Below, in pieces: positions 27,394 to 36,585 of a DNA stretch of 61,789 nucleotides. The notes below the pieces were generated by a model. That model had not been told where the DNA came from. It did no database searches and worked only from the letters and a program-made list of their open reading frames with translations. The first letter of the stretch is position 1. Every line of letters starts with the position of its first letter. The translations under genes were made by a program, and so were the position numbers. This stretch comes from a virus (lineage: Duplodnaviria; Caudoviricetes), in the IMG/VR virus record IMGVR_UViG_3300048079_000081, positions 1 to 61,789 of that record, one strand, 5' to 3'.

Positions 27394-29036
27394 TGCGGCT
27401 GCTCACGCCGACCCTCAACGCGGCGATGCTCGACGAGCGCCGCCAGCCGGCGTGGAAGATCCTCGTCTACGACGTGCGGAGCACCACGGACACGATCAAC
27501 AACCTGGTGCGCGGCGACGCGCTCCTGGCGCTCACGGGTCCGCGCGACTTCACGAAGGACGTGTTGGTGGCGACGCTCGAGGAGGTGGCCGGAGACTTCA
27601 ACGGCGACGGCGTGGCGGCCTCGAGCCTCTCGCTCACGATCTCCGACCCGCTCGGAAAGTTCGACCCGCTCCTCACGCTCGTGGCGCCTACCGGAGACGG
27701 GCGCTGGCTCCGCGACGGGAACGTGGTGCGCGTGCTCGAGGGCGACGCCCGGGTGCCGGAGGCCGATTGGGTCACGACCTTCACGGGCGAGCTCGTCGGC
27801 CAAGCTGGCGTGCGGCGCGGCCGCGTGGCGCGCGCGTCGGAGATCACGATGGACGCCGTAGACCGAGCGGCGCGGTTCCTGCGGTTCCCGGTCACGTCCG
27901 ACACGTTCGGCATTGGCAGCACGCTCTTGACCATCGGCACGTTGATTGCCCAGACGGACATGGCGCTGGACTCCTCGGAGATCCTCCTGGGCGGCTGGGG
28001 CGCCCAAGTCACCGGGCACTTCTCGACGCAGTTCGTCGAGGAGCCGCCCCTTGTGGCGCTCGCTCACCTCATGTTCCCGGACGGCTTCATGCCGCGCTTC
28101 ACCGGTGCGGGCAAGCTGGCCCAGACTTCGGGGATCATCACGAAGGCGCCCGCGCGCAGCTACCCAGACTCCGACCTGATCCAGGACATCGAACGGCCGA
28201 AGCACCGGATCAAGGCGAAGAACCGGGTGACGGTGCGCGGGCTCTCGGCGACCATGACCAAAATCACCCAGCCTTTCCAGAAACTCGCCGAGGTCAACAT
28301 CACCACCGGCTTCTTCGCGCGCGACGAAGAGATCCGTGTGACGTGGAGCGAGGACGAGACGAAGCTGGTGCAGAACACGCGGATGAAGGTGCTTCGCTCC
28401 ATCAACGGCGGGCTCCTCGACTTCGCCGCCACCGAAACGTACACGGAGGAACCGAAGAGCCCGGAGGGTTCGGTCGCGGGCACCATCGAAGTGGGCACGG
28501 GCTTCGCGCCCTACATCATCGTCTTCTTCACCGGCATCTACATTGGGATGCAAGCGATCCCGCGTCCAGTGGTGGCCCCTGGCGGCTCCGGCTTCACGAT
28601 CCCCGTCCAGGACGTGATCGCGGCTGCGGCCTTGAGCGTGGTCATGCTCCTGATGAGTCAGATTGGCCGCGGGCAGTACCAGATCGAAGGCGAGCCCTTC
28701 GAATACGTGTTCCAGGAAATCGTCGGCACGGCCCAGGTGCAAGGGCTGAGCGAGGACGAGGTGAACGTCCTCGACATTTCCAACCACCTGATCCAGACGC
28801 AAGCGGTGGCCGACACGACCGCCCAGAACGTGCTGCGCCGCGAGGTGGCGAAGGCGAACGTCCGGGCGGTCACGATGCTGGTCGATCTCCTCCTCGAGCC
28901 GGACGACGTGTTCGAGCTCGCGGCGGAGTCGAGAAAGTTCATGATTCGGAGCCAGAGCCGCACGCTGCGCCGTGGCGCCGATGCCGTGGTCGCCGTGCTG
29001 GACTGCTTCGAGGTCACGCCGGGGCTCGTGCCGTGA
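27393..29036 (+). CDS. putative tail tip/baseplate hub protein
   Basis: 547 aa; F.G.L...ITM.A.DR and LEPDDV.EL...F.I....R.L hub-like pattern. Confidence 0.65.
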   Translation: MRLLTPTLNAAMLDERRQPAWKILVYDVRSTTDTINNLVRGDALLALTGPRDFTKDVLVATLEEVAGDFNGDGVAASSLSLTISDPLGKFDPLLTLVAPTGDGRWLRDGNVVRVLEGDARVPEADWVTTFTGELVGQAGVRRGRVARASEITMDAVDRAARFLRFPVTSDTFGIGSTLLTIGTLIAQTDMALDSSEILLGGWGAQVTGHFSTQFVEEPPLVALAHLMFPDGFMPRFTGAGKLAQTSGIITKAPARSYPDSDLIQDIERPKHRIKAKNRVTVRGLSATMTKITQPFQKLAEVNITTGFFARDEEIRVTWSEDETKLVQNTRMKVLRSINGGLLDFAATETYTEEPKSPEGSVAGTIEVGTGFAPYIIVFFTGIYIGMQAIPRPVVAPGGSGFTIPVQDVIAAAALSVVMLLMSQIGRGQYQIEGEPFEYVFQEIVGTAQVQGLSEDEVNVLDISNHLIQTQAVADTTAQNVLRREVAKANVRAVTMLVDLLLEPDDVFELAAESRKFMIRSQSRTLRRGADAVVAVLDCFEVTPGLVP

Positions 29037-29752
29037 GTTTCCGCGAGCTCTTCCGCCAGGAACGCCGCGCCCACGTCGAGTTCCTCCTCGGCACGGTGGT
29101 GACGCGCCCCAAGATCGTCCAGTTCGACGGCGTGGGCCCCGTGTGGGTGGTGGACGTGGACGTGGGCGGCAAGCGGCTTTTCAAGAACGTGCCCGTCAAG
29201 GCCGTGGCCCAGGGCGGCCGCTTCTACGCGGACATCAACCAGCCGGTGCTTCTCAAGCGCAACGCCCAGGGCCGCTTCGACGTGGTGGGCTCCGCCGACC
29301 GGAAGGCGGGCGTCGCCGTGGTCAAGGGCTACGACCTCACCACGGGCAACCTCCAGAGCACCTCGAGTGCCGGCTTCTCCGTGATCCCGCGCGCCTTCGA
29401 GCACTACATGGGCGAGGTGCGGCTCAAGGGAAACCCGCTCATCACCTTCGACCGGGTGCCCGCGGCAAACGACACGATCACGCGCAGCGCCGGTTCCTGG
29501 AGCACCGACGGCTTCCTCGTCGGCCACCTGATCCGGGTCGGCAACACCACGCTCAACAACTTCCTGCTCTCGAGCCTCACCATCCTGACGCTCTCGGCGA
29601 CCGTGCTCGGCTTCGCGGGAGACGTGCTACAAGACGAGGGCCCGATCTCGAACGTGCTGCTCGCGCGGGCCGGCTTCGTGCGGTGGAACGATGGCGTGAC
29701 GCCCTTCCCGAAGGTTTCGATCGTGAACCAATCGACCGGTCTGGAGGTCTAG
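29033..29752 (+). CDS. putative tail tip protein (OB-fold-like N-terminus)
   Basis: GTVV...VVDVDVG...KNVPV...V.L. Confidence 0.55.
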   Translation: MSFRELFRQERRAHVEFLLGTVVTRPKIVQFDGVGPVWVVDVDVGGKRLFKNVPVKAVAQGGRFYADINQPVLLKRNAQGRFDVVGSADRKAGVAVVKGYDLTTGNLQSTSSAGFSVIPRAFEHYMGEVRLKGNPLITFDRVPAANDTITRSAGSWSTDGFLVGHLIRVGNTTLNNFLLSSLTILTLSATVLGFAGDVLQDEGPISNVLLARAGFVRWNDGVTPFPKVSIVNQSTGLEV

Positions 29753-29755
29753 GCC

Positions 29756-31474
29756 ATGGCTCTGAACCTCAAGAAGCTCTTCGTCACGGGGCAGGGCGCC
29801 GGCGCCGCCAACTACGTGACCTACGCGGCGGACCTCGACCTCAACTTCACCAACATCGAAACCCTGGTCAACCAGCTCGAGGGCCAGCTCGTCGGCATCC
29901 AAGGCCCGAACGTCATCCTTTCGCTCGACATCCTCCAGTCGGACGACCCGGCGACCACGCCCGACGAGCTCGAGGGCCGGATCGGCGCCCACTCCTACGT
30001 CGTGACCATCAACGCGAGCCCCGCGCTCTTGAACGTAAGCGCGGGCGTCGCCATCGTGGACGATAAGCGAGTCGAGCTCACGGCCGCGGCGACGGGGCTC
30101 GTCGGACCCGGCGGTGGCGCCGCGACCCACTACGTCGCGCTCGACATCAACGGCGTGCCGAGCATCAAGACGACCGCCGGCCAGGGCGCGGCCGACATCT
30201 CGCGGGCCACGTGGAGCGGCACGATCTACACGGCGATCTCGCAGTGGCCCACCGTCACCGACGTGATCCCGGTGTTTTTCGACGGGGACGACTACGCGGA
30301 TCAGCAGACGGTTGTGGGCAGCGCGACGGCGGGCGTCGGCGCCCAGACCCACGCGAAGGTGGCCAACCGCTTTGAAAACGTGGAGCGGGCGCTGCGCGGG
30401 CACACGGCGAACGTCGTGTCGGGTGGCCCCGCGCTCGGGCCGCTGGCGCTGATCCGAGGCAGCGCGGGCTCGCCCGGGCTCATCGCGACCGCCGGCGATG
30501 GCGTCACGTTCGACACGGGCACCGGCTTCTTCCGCCAAGCCTTGAACGCGATTGGGGTGGCTGCCGGAGCCGTCGAGCGGTTCCGATTCACGACTTCGCA
30601 GCTCCTCGCACTCGAGGGCACCAACCTACTCCCCTCGTTCGCGTTCCTGCTCGATCCGACCACCGGAATGTTTAGCGGAGGCGCCGCCTCCGGCGTCTTT
30701 AGCATCGCGAATCTTGGCGTCGCCAACTTCGGCTTCGGCCCGGCAGGCTTCACGGTCGTTCCCAACGGTACGGCGGCCGACCCCAGCATCAAGTTTGGGG
30801 CCACCGACATCGACGGCTTCTTCTTCGTGGCGGGCACGCCAGGACCCGCCGTCGCCGCCAACGGCCTCGAGGCCGCCCGCTTCCGAGGCGGAACCGGCAC
30901 GGCGCTATTGCCCAACATCGCACTCGGCGGCGACGCGGACACCGGGATCTTCCTATCGTCTGGGAACACTCTCGCGATCACGGCGGGCGGCACCGAAGGC
31001 TGGCAGCTCAACCCGCAGCGGCAGCAAATCTCGGCCACGTTCTTCCGCGTCAAGGCGCTCCGAACCGCCACGCAAGCGATCAGTGCGCTCGATGTGGACG
31101 TCGACGGGAACCTCGTCGCCATCACCTTTAGCGCCGCCGACGTGTTCGACGTGGGCGCCATGCACGGCTCGGACGACCAGATCATCGTCCCGACGGGCGG
31201 CGCCGGACTCTACCACCTCATCGGCACGGTGCATTGGGATGCGAACGGCACCGGGGACCGACGAATTACGTTGACCCTCAACGGCGCCACGACGCCGATC
31301 GAAGGAGGCGACGCGATCCTCCGAGCCACCGACCAGACTTCGGCCGACGAGATGCGGATGCAGGTCGCCTGCTACGTCGTGCTCGCGGCCGCGGGCGTGG
31401 TGCGGCTCTCCGTCGCAAGCGACGTCGCGATCAACGTGAACCGCGCCACCTTGACCGCAGTCAAGATGTGGTAG
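29756..31474 (+). CDS. tail fibre / receptor-binding protein
   Basis: Repeated G.A..P...F..D.DTG.F motifs; C-terminal C1q/TNF-like segment (ITF...FD.G.MH...VP..GAGLY). Confidence 0.8.
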   Translation: MALNLKKLFVTGQGAGAANYVTYAADLDLNFTNIETLVNQLEGQLVGIQGPNVILSLDILQSDDPATTPDELEGRIGAHSYVVTINASPALLNVSAGVAIVDDKRVELTAAATGLVGPGGGAATHYVALDINGVPSIKTTAGQGAADISRATWSGTIYTAISQWPTVTDVIPVFFDGDDYADQQTVVGSATAGVGAQTHAKVANRFENVERALRGHTANVVSGGPALGPLALIRGSAGSPGLIATAGDGVTFDTGTGFFRQALNAIGVAAGAVERFRFTTSQLLALEGTNLLPSFAFLLDPTTGMFSGGAASGVFSIANLGVANFGFGPAGFTVVPNGTAADPSIKFGATDIDGFFFVAGTPGPAVAANGLEAARFRGGTGTALLPNIALGGDADTGIFLSSGNTLAITAGGTEGWQLNPQRQQISATFFRVKALRTATQAISALDVDVDGNLVAITFSAADVFDVGAMHGSDDQIIVPTGGAGLYHLIGTVHWDANGTGDRRITLTLNGATTPIEGGDAILRATDQTSADEMRMQVACYVVLAAAGVVRLSVASDVAINVNRATLTAVKMW

Positions 31475-31487
31475 GAGGAGCGAACCC

Positions 31488-31910
31488 ATGCCCAGCTTCG
31501 GCACGAAGTCACGCGAGCGCCTCGACACGTGCGAGGAGCGCCTCCAGCGTGTCCTCGAGCGCGTGGTCGTCGGCTTCGACTGCACCGTGCTCGAGGGGCA
31601 CCGGGGCCAGGCCGCGCAGGATGCGGCGTTCGCCTCTGGCGCTTCCCAGAAGCGGTGGCCGGACGGCAACCACAACGCGGTGCCCTCGCGCGCCGTGGAC
31701 GCGGCGCCGTGGCCGGTCGATTGGGGCGAGGAGGGAGACGCGAAGCGCCGCCAGGCGGCCGTGCGCCGCTTCTACCTCTTCGCCGGCTACGTGCTCGGCG
31801 TCGCTACGGAGCTCGGCGTGGCGCTGCGCTGGGGTGGCGATTGGGACGGCGACCGGGACCTCGCGGACCAAACCTTCAACGACCTCGTGCACTTCGAGCT
31901 CACGGACTGA
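31488..31910 (+). CDS. endolysin, peptidase M15 (L-Ala-D-Glu type)
   Basis: DCTVLEGHR...Q, NH...PSRAVD, LRWGGDW...D.VHFEL. Confidence 0.92.
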   Translation: MPSFGTKSRERLDTCEERLQRVLERVVVGFDCTVLEGHRGQAAQDAAFASGASQKRWPDGNHNAVPSRAVDAAPWPVDWGEEGDAKRRQAAVRRFYLFAGYVLGVATELGVALRWGGDWDGDRDLADQTFNDLVHFELTD

Positions 31911-31976
31911 CGCCCCCCACGGCTCTAGGCGGCGGCGCCCGCGTGCGGTAGGGTGAAGGCTCCAGGGAACCCCGCC

Positions 31977-32008
31977 GGCGGCTCAGGTGTTCCCGCGCCT
32001 GGGCCGCC
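31977..32008 (+). other. 13-bp RNA hairpin upstream of holin-like gene
   Basis: GGCGGCTCAGGTG/CGCCTGGGCCGCC with two U-G pairs. Confidence 0.6.
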
Positions 32009-32023
32009 ACCTCTGGGGACCCG

Positions 32024-32215
32024 ATGGGGGCAAAAATGGGTCGTCTACTCGGCTTCCTCGTGGCGCGCGCCCGCGAGCGTTCGACCTGGCTCGGCGTGGT
32101 CGCCTTCGCCACCGCCTTCGGAGTGCGCATGGACCCGGAGCAGGCGGAAGCCCTTGTGGCGTTCGGGCTCGCCGCCGCCGGCGCGGTGGCCGTGTTCTGG
32201 CCGGACCCGAAGTGA
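32024..32215 (+). CDS. putative holin (dual start M1/M5)
   Basis: R.RE.STW.G, two hydrophobic segments, follows endolysin. Confidence 0.7.
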   Translation: MGAKMGRLLGFLVARARERSTWLGVVAFATAFGVRMDPEQAEALVAFGLAAAGAVAVFWPDPK

Positions 32216-32622
32216 GGCGCGCATCGCGCTCCAGGAGTGCGACCGCCTTCGCGGCGTGGTGCCTGGCCGCGCTCCTCTTCCTGGGAGCGTGCGTGCACTA
32301 CGACGGCGCGACCTATGAGGCCCTGGCGCAGGCGCAGACGAGCGCCCTCGTGCTCCACCCCTCGACCTGCGAAGCGCACCGGGAGGCGGCGGCGGCGCTG
32401 GCGGACACCGGCGGAAACGCCAAGGCGCTGAACGTGCCCATGGGTACGGGCCGCGCGATCGGCAAGCTACAGACCGAGCACCTCTGGCAGTCCCGCGTCT
32501 GCGATGCCCTCGTCGGCTTGAGCCGCAGGGGCGAGCTCGACGCCGGATCGGAGGCGCGCGCGATGGCGGCGTGGGGCCGGTTGTGGATCGCCGGGCGGCG
32601 GCTCGTGGCTGGAGGGTGGTGA
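32212..32622 (+). CDS. putative lipoprotein in lysis cassette
   Basis: Basic N-terminus, hydrophobic stretch, lipobox LGAC. Confidence 0.6.
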   Translation: MRRASRSRSATAFAAWCLAALLFLGACVHYDGATYEALAQAQTSALVLHPSTCEAHREAAAALADTGGNAKALNVPMGTGRAIGKLQTEHLWQSRVCDALVGLSRRGELDAGSEARAMAAWGRLWIAGRRLVAGGW

Positions 32623-32623
32623 C

Positions 32624-33067
32624 ATGCCGGAGCTATCGCGCTCCATGAGCGCGACCCTGACCTCTGAGGGCGTGGGCCGCCTGGAGAGCCTCGCCGCCAA
32701 GATCCTGACCGCTTACCACGCCACGGGCGGGCTCCCGGGAGGTGTCCAGCTCGAGGACGCGCTGGACGAGCTCAAGACCATCCTCGACCGCCACAAGGGC
32801 ACCCTCACCAAGGCCGGCGCCGGCTTCGTGGTGGACCTGGCGCGGGGGCTCGTGGGCGACGACCCCGACTACGAGCGGATCGCCCTCGAGCACTTCGACG
32901 CGGCGGAGCTCGCCGCCTTCGCCGAGGCGGGCGCCGACCGCGTGGAGGAGCTCGTCGAGCGCACGGTGGTCGCCAGGGCCTTGCTCGTGGACGACCTCAA
33001 GGCCATGGCGATCAAGGCCGCCAAGGGCGCCCTGTCCGCCGCCCTCATGGCGGCCCTGGCGCTCTAG
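32624..33067 (+). CDS. hypothetical protein
   Basis: SD GGAGG; helical, hydrophobic C-terminus. Confidence 0.7.
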   Translation: MPELSRSMSATLTSEGVGRLESLAAKILTAYHATGGLPGGVQLEDALDELKTILDRHKGTLTKAGAGFVVDLARGLVGDDPDYERIALEHFDAAELAAFAEAGADRVEELVERTVVARALLVDDLKAMAIKAAKGALSAALMAALAL

Positions 33068-33069
33068 CC

Positions 33070-33456
33070 GTGCCGGTAGACTGGTCCCGCCTCCTGCCCG
33101 CGGTCGCGGCGGCCGTGGGGGCTCTCGGCGCGCTCGCGGGCGGGAGCGGGGTCTACTACGGGCGGGAGCAGGCGGGCGAGCGGGCCACGGTCGCCAGCGA
33201 ACGGAGCGCCTCCGTGGCGATGCTCGAAGTGGTCGCCACTGAGCTCGAACGCGCGGCGGCCCGCGAGGAGCGGTGCTGGGGCGCCATGGGCCTGGGAGCG
33301 CCGCCGGACGAGGTGCTCGAGCTCGAGGCGGCGCCAATCGGCGAGCCGCCCCGCAAGGCGCCGCGCCGGACGCGCCTCGAGCGGTACGACTGGTGGGAGA
33401 AGCTGCCGCCCCAGGCGCAGGCGCTCGCGCGACCGCCGAAGGCCACCCCACCGTGA
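33070..33456 (+). CDS. membrane-anchored protein (possible spanin-like)
   Basis: N-terminal TM then coiled coil. Confidence 0.6.
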   Translation: MPVDWSRLLPAVAAAVGALGALAGGSGVYYGREQAGERATVASERSASVAMLEVVATELERAAAREERCWGAMGLGAPPDEVLELEAAPIGEPPRKAPRRTRLERYDWWEKLPPQAQALARPPKATPP

Positions 33457-33764
33457 ACGAGCTGCTTGGCATCCTGGGCACCCTCCAGAAACTCGGCACC
33501 GCAACCTCGCCGATCAACACGGTGCTGCTGATCCTGGGCGTCTGGATTCTCTTGAAGCGTACCGGCGCGCTCGCGCTCGACACGACCAACGCCGTGCAGA
33601 GCACGACGACGCAGCTCGCCGCGCAGGTTGGGCACCTGGCGACTGCGATCGTGGAGCTCCGTGGCGCAGTGACCAACCTCTCCGAAGCCGTGCACGTCAT
33701 GGAAATCAGCCACGCGCGGCTCGAAGAGCGGGTGCGCGCCGTCGAACGGCAGCCGAATACCTAG
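33453..33764 (+). CDS. membrane protein with coiled coil
   Basis: TM (VLLILGVWILL) plus heptads ending RLEERV..VE. Confidence 0.65.
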   Translation: MNELLGILGTLQKLGTATSPINTVLLILGVWILLKRTGALALDTTNAVQSTTTQLAAQVGHLATAIVELRGAVTNLSEAVHVMEISHARLEERVRAVERQPNT

Positions 33765-34084
33765 CCGAAGAGCTCCGGCCGCTCGAGCCGCAGCGCGTGC
33801 TCCCGGTAGACGAGCCGCTCGAGGTGCGCCGCCGCGGACCGCAGCCGCTCCGCCCGCCGCCACGAATCCGGCTCGAGCTCGAGCTGCTCGCAGAAGTAGC
33901 GGACGTGGCCGAGCCCCTTCGCGCGCACACGCCGAAGCTCGTCGAGGTGCGTGGCGTCCGCGAGTGGGATCGTGCACCGGAGCACGAGGTCCACGCGCTC
34001 GGCGAGGTACGCCAGGCGCCCGGCCGCTTCGCACTCGGCGACGAGATCGGTCGCGCTCCCGGAGCGCGATTCGGGCGAGCTCAC
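33761..34084 (-). CDS. hypothetical protein
   Basis: GTGA overlap with Gp157-like gene; converges on lysis cassette. Confidence 0.6.
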   Translation of the reverse strand: MSSPESRSGSATDLVAECEAAGRLAYLAERVDLVLRCTIPLADATHLDELRRVRAKGLGHVRYFCEQLELEPDSWRRAERLRSAAAHLERLVYREHALRLERPELFG

Positions 34085-34599
34085 CGGATCTTGAGCGAGT
34101 AGCTGGCGATGAGCTCCGCCCCGGGCACGACGCCGCCTGGCTTGCGGAGCTCCTCGGCCACCCGGCGCTTGTCGATCCGCGCGGGCGGCGGCTCGGGCTG
34201 GACCCAGAACGCCGCCGGGACCTGGCTCTCGTTCGCCACGTGCACCATCTGTGACCGGTGCCAGCGGATCTCCGCGCGCGCATCGGACAGCTTCTCGCCG
34301 GGCGGCACGCAGGTGGCCACGTACCGCTCGAGGCGGTCGGCCCGGGCGTAGTGGATCTTCGCGCGGTCGAGCAAGCCCTGGGCGACCTCCTCGATCTTGC
34401 CACCCTCGGCGCGCTCCCCCTTGAGGTACGCCGCAACCTCGAGCGCCTTGCGATCCCGCGAGAGCTCGAGGCCCTCGAGCCGCTCGATCGCCGCTTCGGT
34501 GAGCTCGCCCGTTTCGGGATCGACTTCGTGCGCGAGGATCTCCTCGATCTCGTCGGCGATGGAGAAGAGAGACCCGGCGCGAGGCGTCCAGTAGCTCAC
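34081..34599 (-). CDS. siphovirus Gp157-family protein
   Basis: LFSIA...VDPETGEL...K...AAY.K...IDK......L..G..VPGAEL....L.IR. Confidence 0.85.
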   Translation of the reverse strand: MSYWTPRAGSLFSIADEIEEILAHEVDPETGELTEAAIERLEGLELSRDRKALEVAAYLKGERAEGGKIEEVAQGLLDRAKIHYARADRLERYVATCVPPGEKLSDARAEIRWHRSQMVHVANESQVPAAFWVQPEPPPARIDKRRVAEELRKPGGVVPGAELIASYSLKIR

Positions 34600-34892
34600 C
34601 ACGTCACCCCGCCGCCGAAGCCCACGGCGCAGTGACGGCCTGTGTGCCCGCGCGGGAGCGTGCACATCGCAGTCGCACCAGCCATCGCCGTGCTTTGCGG
34701 TTGTAGGCACTGGACGGACCGGTCGCCGCCGAGGTCCTCGACCGTAACGGCGCGCACCTCGGGCCTCGTGTGGGTGCCGCCGAGGACGGCGCGCAGCTCT
34801 TCGAGCTCCTCTGGCCGCGAACGATTGGCCGTCAGGGTGAATACGTCGCGCAGCGCCTCGAGATCGGCCACGCTTTCCACTTCGAGTTTCAC
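34596..34892 (-). CDS. hypothetical protein
   Basis: C-terminal CTLPRGHTGRH motif; GTGA overlaps. Confidence 0.65.
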   Translation of the reverse strand: MKLEVESVADLEALRDVFTLTANRSRPEELEELRAVLGGTHTRPEVRAVTVEDLGGDRSVQCLQPQSTAMAGATAMCTLPRGHTGRHCAVGFGGGVTW

Positions 34893-35050
34893 GGTTTCCC
34901 TCCCAAGGCGGCGAGCAGCCGCAGCGCGAAGTACCAGACGATCGCGGACCCGAAGCCGATGAGCACGCCAGCAAGGAAGCCCGCGCGCCAGGCGGCTTCT
35001 CTGTAGATCGGCTGGATGCCAAGCTCCGCCGGAAGGCCAGGCCGGCTCAC
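34889..35050 (-). CDS. small membrane protein (53 aa, not in ORF track)
   Basis: MSRPGLPAELG…AGFLAGVLIGFGSAIVWYFALRLL…; stop overlaps next start. Confidence 0.55.
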   Translation of the reverse strand: MSRPGLPAELGIQPIYREAAWRAGFLAGVLIGFGSAIVWYFALRLLAALGGKP

Positions 35051-35116
35051 CTGGCCCAATCGGGCACCGGCTCGACGCGCACGCGAGCGACCAGCCGCCC
35101 GTCGCGGTAGAGGGCC

Positions 35117-36256
35117 TCAGAACGGGATGTCATCGTCGAAGTTCGGCGCGTCGCCGTCGTCATGCGGCGGCGCTTCGTCACCGCTCGTGACGCTGCCGCG
35201 CTCGCCGTGCTCGAAGCTCTCGTCCGCCGGCGACGCGACCGGAGCCGGCTCAGAGGTGGGTGCGCCGCCGGCCATGGTGGGCGTCGGCTTCGGGTAGCCT
35301 TCGATGTACGCCTTCACCCAATTCGGGTGCGTCTGCGGTTTCCGCTCGTCGCCGAAGTTTCCGAAGTGCATCTGATCGAGCTCGCCGATCCCGAGCACCT
35401 GGCAGAGGTCCGCGACGATCTGCTTCGCGGGCACGTCGATCTCTTCGCTTCGCCGGTAGGCCAGGGCCCAGGCCCACTTCGCCTTGCCCTCGTTGACCCG
35501 CTGGCTGGCGGGCGCGGGGCCGGGCTTCGGCGGCCGCTTGTACCAGGCGCCGACGGGCACGTCGCCCGCCGCGTGGCCCTTGTCGGAACGCGAGGCGCGC
35601 TGCTCTTGCGCCGCGCGTGCCTTCGCCGCGCCCTGCTCGAAGGACTCCGGGTGCTTCCGCTCGTCTTCGGGCTCCAGACCCGTCATTTCCTCGGAGGGCG
35701 TGCCAGAGTAGCCGCCGAGCACGGCGATCCAGCGGAGCACCTGGGCCAGAGCCTTCGAGGTGCCGCGTGTCTGGGCCATGCTCTTGAGCGCGTGGCGGTT
35801 GAGCGCGTAGCTCGAGGGCAGCGCCGTGGGCACCTCTTCGTAGTCCGGGCTGTTCACGATCCAACGGAACCAGTAGCGGCCGTCGCTCTTCTTCCGCTGC
35901 ACCTCGTCGGCGTAGCAGTCCGCCTCCGCCGCGCCGATGATCGCGCCATCGGAAAGCCGCACGACCTCGACCCGCGCCGTGTATCCGGGCACGCCGGGCA
36001 CGTCGTCGGAGGGCCGACACCAGGCGGTCCGGGGCGTCACGCCCACGAGGGCGCCGCAGGCGCACCAGGCTTCGACCCGGAGGTGCTCGCGGCCGCCGCC
36101 CATGGAGACGGACAGGCCGGCCTCCGTCACGATGCCGTGGAGCTCCTGGGCGATTGCCCTCGCGCGCGCGAGGCCGCCGGCGAACCCGAACGTCTCGAGC
36201 GCATCGCGTTGGAGGGCGGCAGGCTGCCGCACTACCAGGCCCGTTTCCTCGCTCAT
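35117..36256 (-). CDS. putative single-strand annealing/recombination protein with SSB-like acidic tail
   Basis: VEAW...SMAQTR..SKAL...W...LGGY..TP.EEM; ends DDDIPF; SD GGGAGG; same operon as Gp157. Confidence 0.65.
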   Translation of the reverse strand: MSEETGLVVRQPAALQRDALETFGFAGGLARARAIAQELHGIVTEAGLSVSMGGGREHLRVEAWCACGALVGVTPRTAWCRPSDDVPGVPGYTARVEVVRLSDGAIIGAAEADCYADEVQRKKSDGRYWFRWIVNSPDYEEVPTALPSSYALNRHALKSMAQTRGTSKALAQVLRWIAVLGGYSGTPSEEMTGLEPEDERKHPESFEQGAAKARAAQEQRASRSDKGHAAGDVPVGAWYKRPPKPGPAPASQRVNEGKAKWAWALAYRRSEEIDVPAKQIVADLCQVLGIGELDQMHFGNFGDERKPQTHPNWVKAYIEGYPKPTPTMAGGAPTSEPAPVASPADESFEHGERGSVTSGDEAPPHDDGDAPNFDDDIPF

Positions 36257-36398
36257 CGGTTTCCTCCCATCGCGCTCCGGGAGCGCGACCTCCCGCGCAG
36301 GTGGGTGCCCCAGGCCGTCGTGCTGGTGACGGCGGCGCCTAGTGCCGCGGTGCGTTGTGTGTGGCGCCCGGAGCGCGTGCCTCGAATCGTCGGGCGCT

Positions 36399-36428
36399 CT
36401 TGTACCACGCGCCGGGCGGCCGGGGCAA
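36399..36428 (-). promoter_or_regulatory. leftward sigma70-type promoter TTGCCC-N18-TACAAG with TGn extension
   Basis: At the strand switch, upstream of recombination operon. Confidence 0.5.
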
Positions 36429-36435
36429 GAACCGA

Positions 36436-36465
36436 TTGCCTCGGCCGGGCTCGCGGGCGTAGAAT
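36436..36465 (+). promoter_or_regulatory. rightward sigma70-type promoter TTGCCT-N18-TAGAAT
   Basis: Near consensus, back-to-back with leftward promoter. Confidence 0.7.
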
Positions 36466-36585
36466 CCGCGTCGGCGAGGCTGACGACCTCGGCGAGGAAT
36501 CCGTGCCCCCTGCCTTTCGAGCTCATCGCGCACCTGCTCGCGCTCCGGGAGCGCGATCCTGAGCGCCCGGCGCCTCTGGTTCCGC

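Noticed and set aside
29756-31474. Diversity-generating retroelement acting on the tail fibre
   Set aside because: No reverse transcriptase or template repeat recognised
4405-31675. Long minus-strand and alternate-frame ORFs over the structural module
   Set aside because: Shadow ORFs expected at high GC; they overlap well-supported + strand genes and have no recognisable motifs
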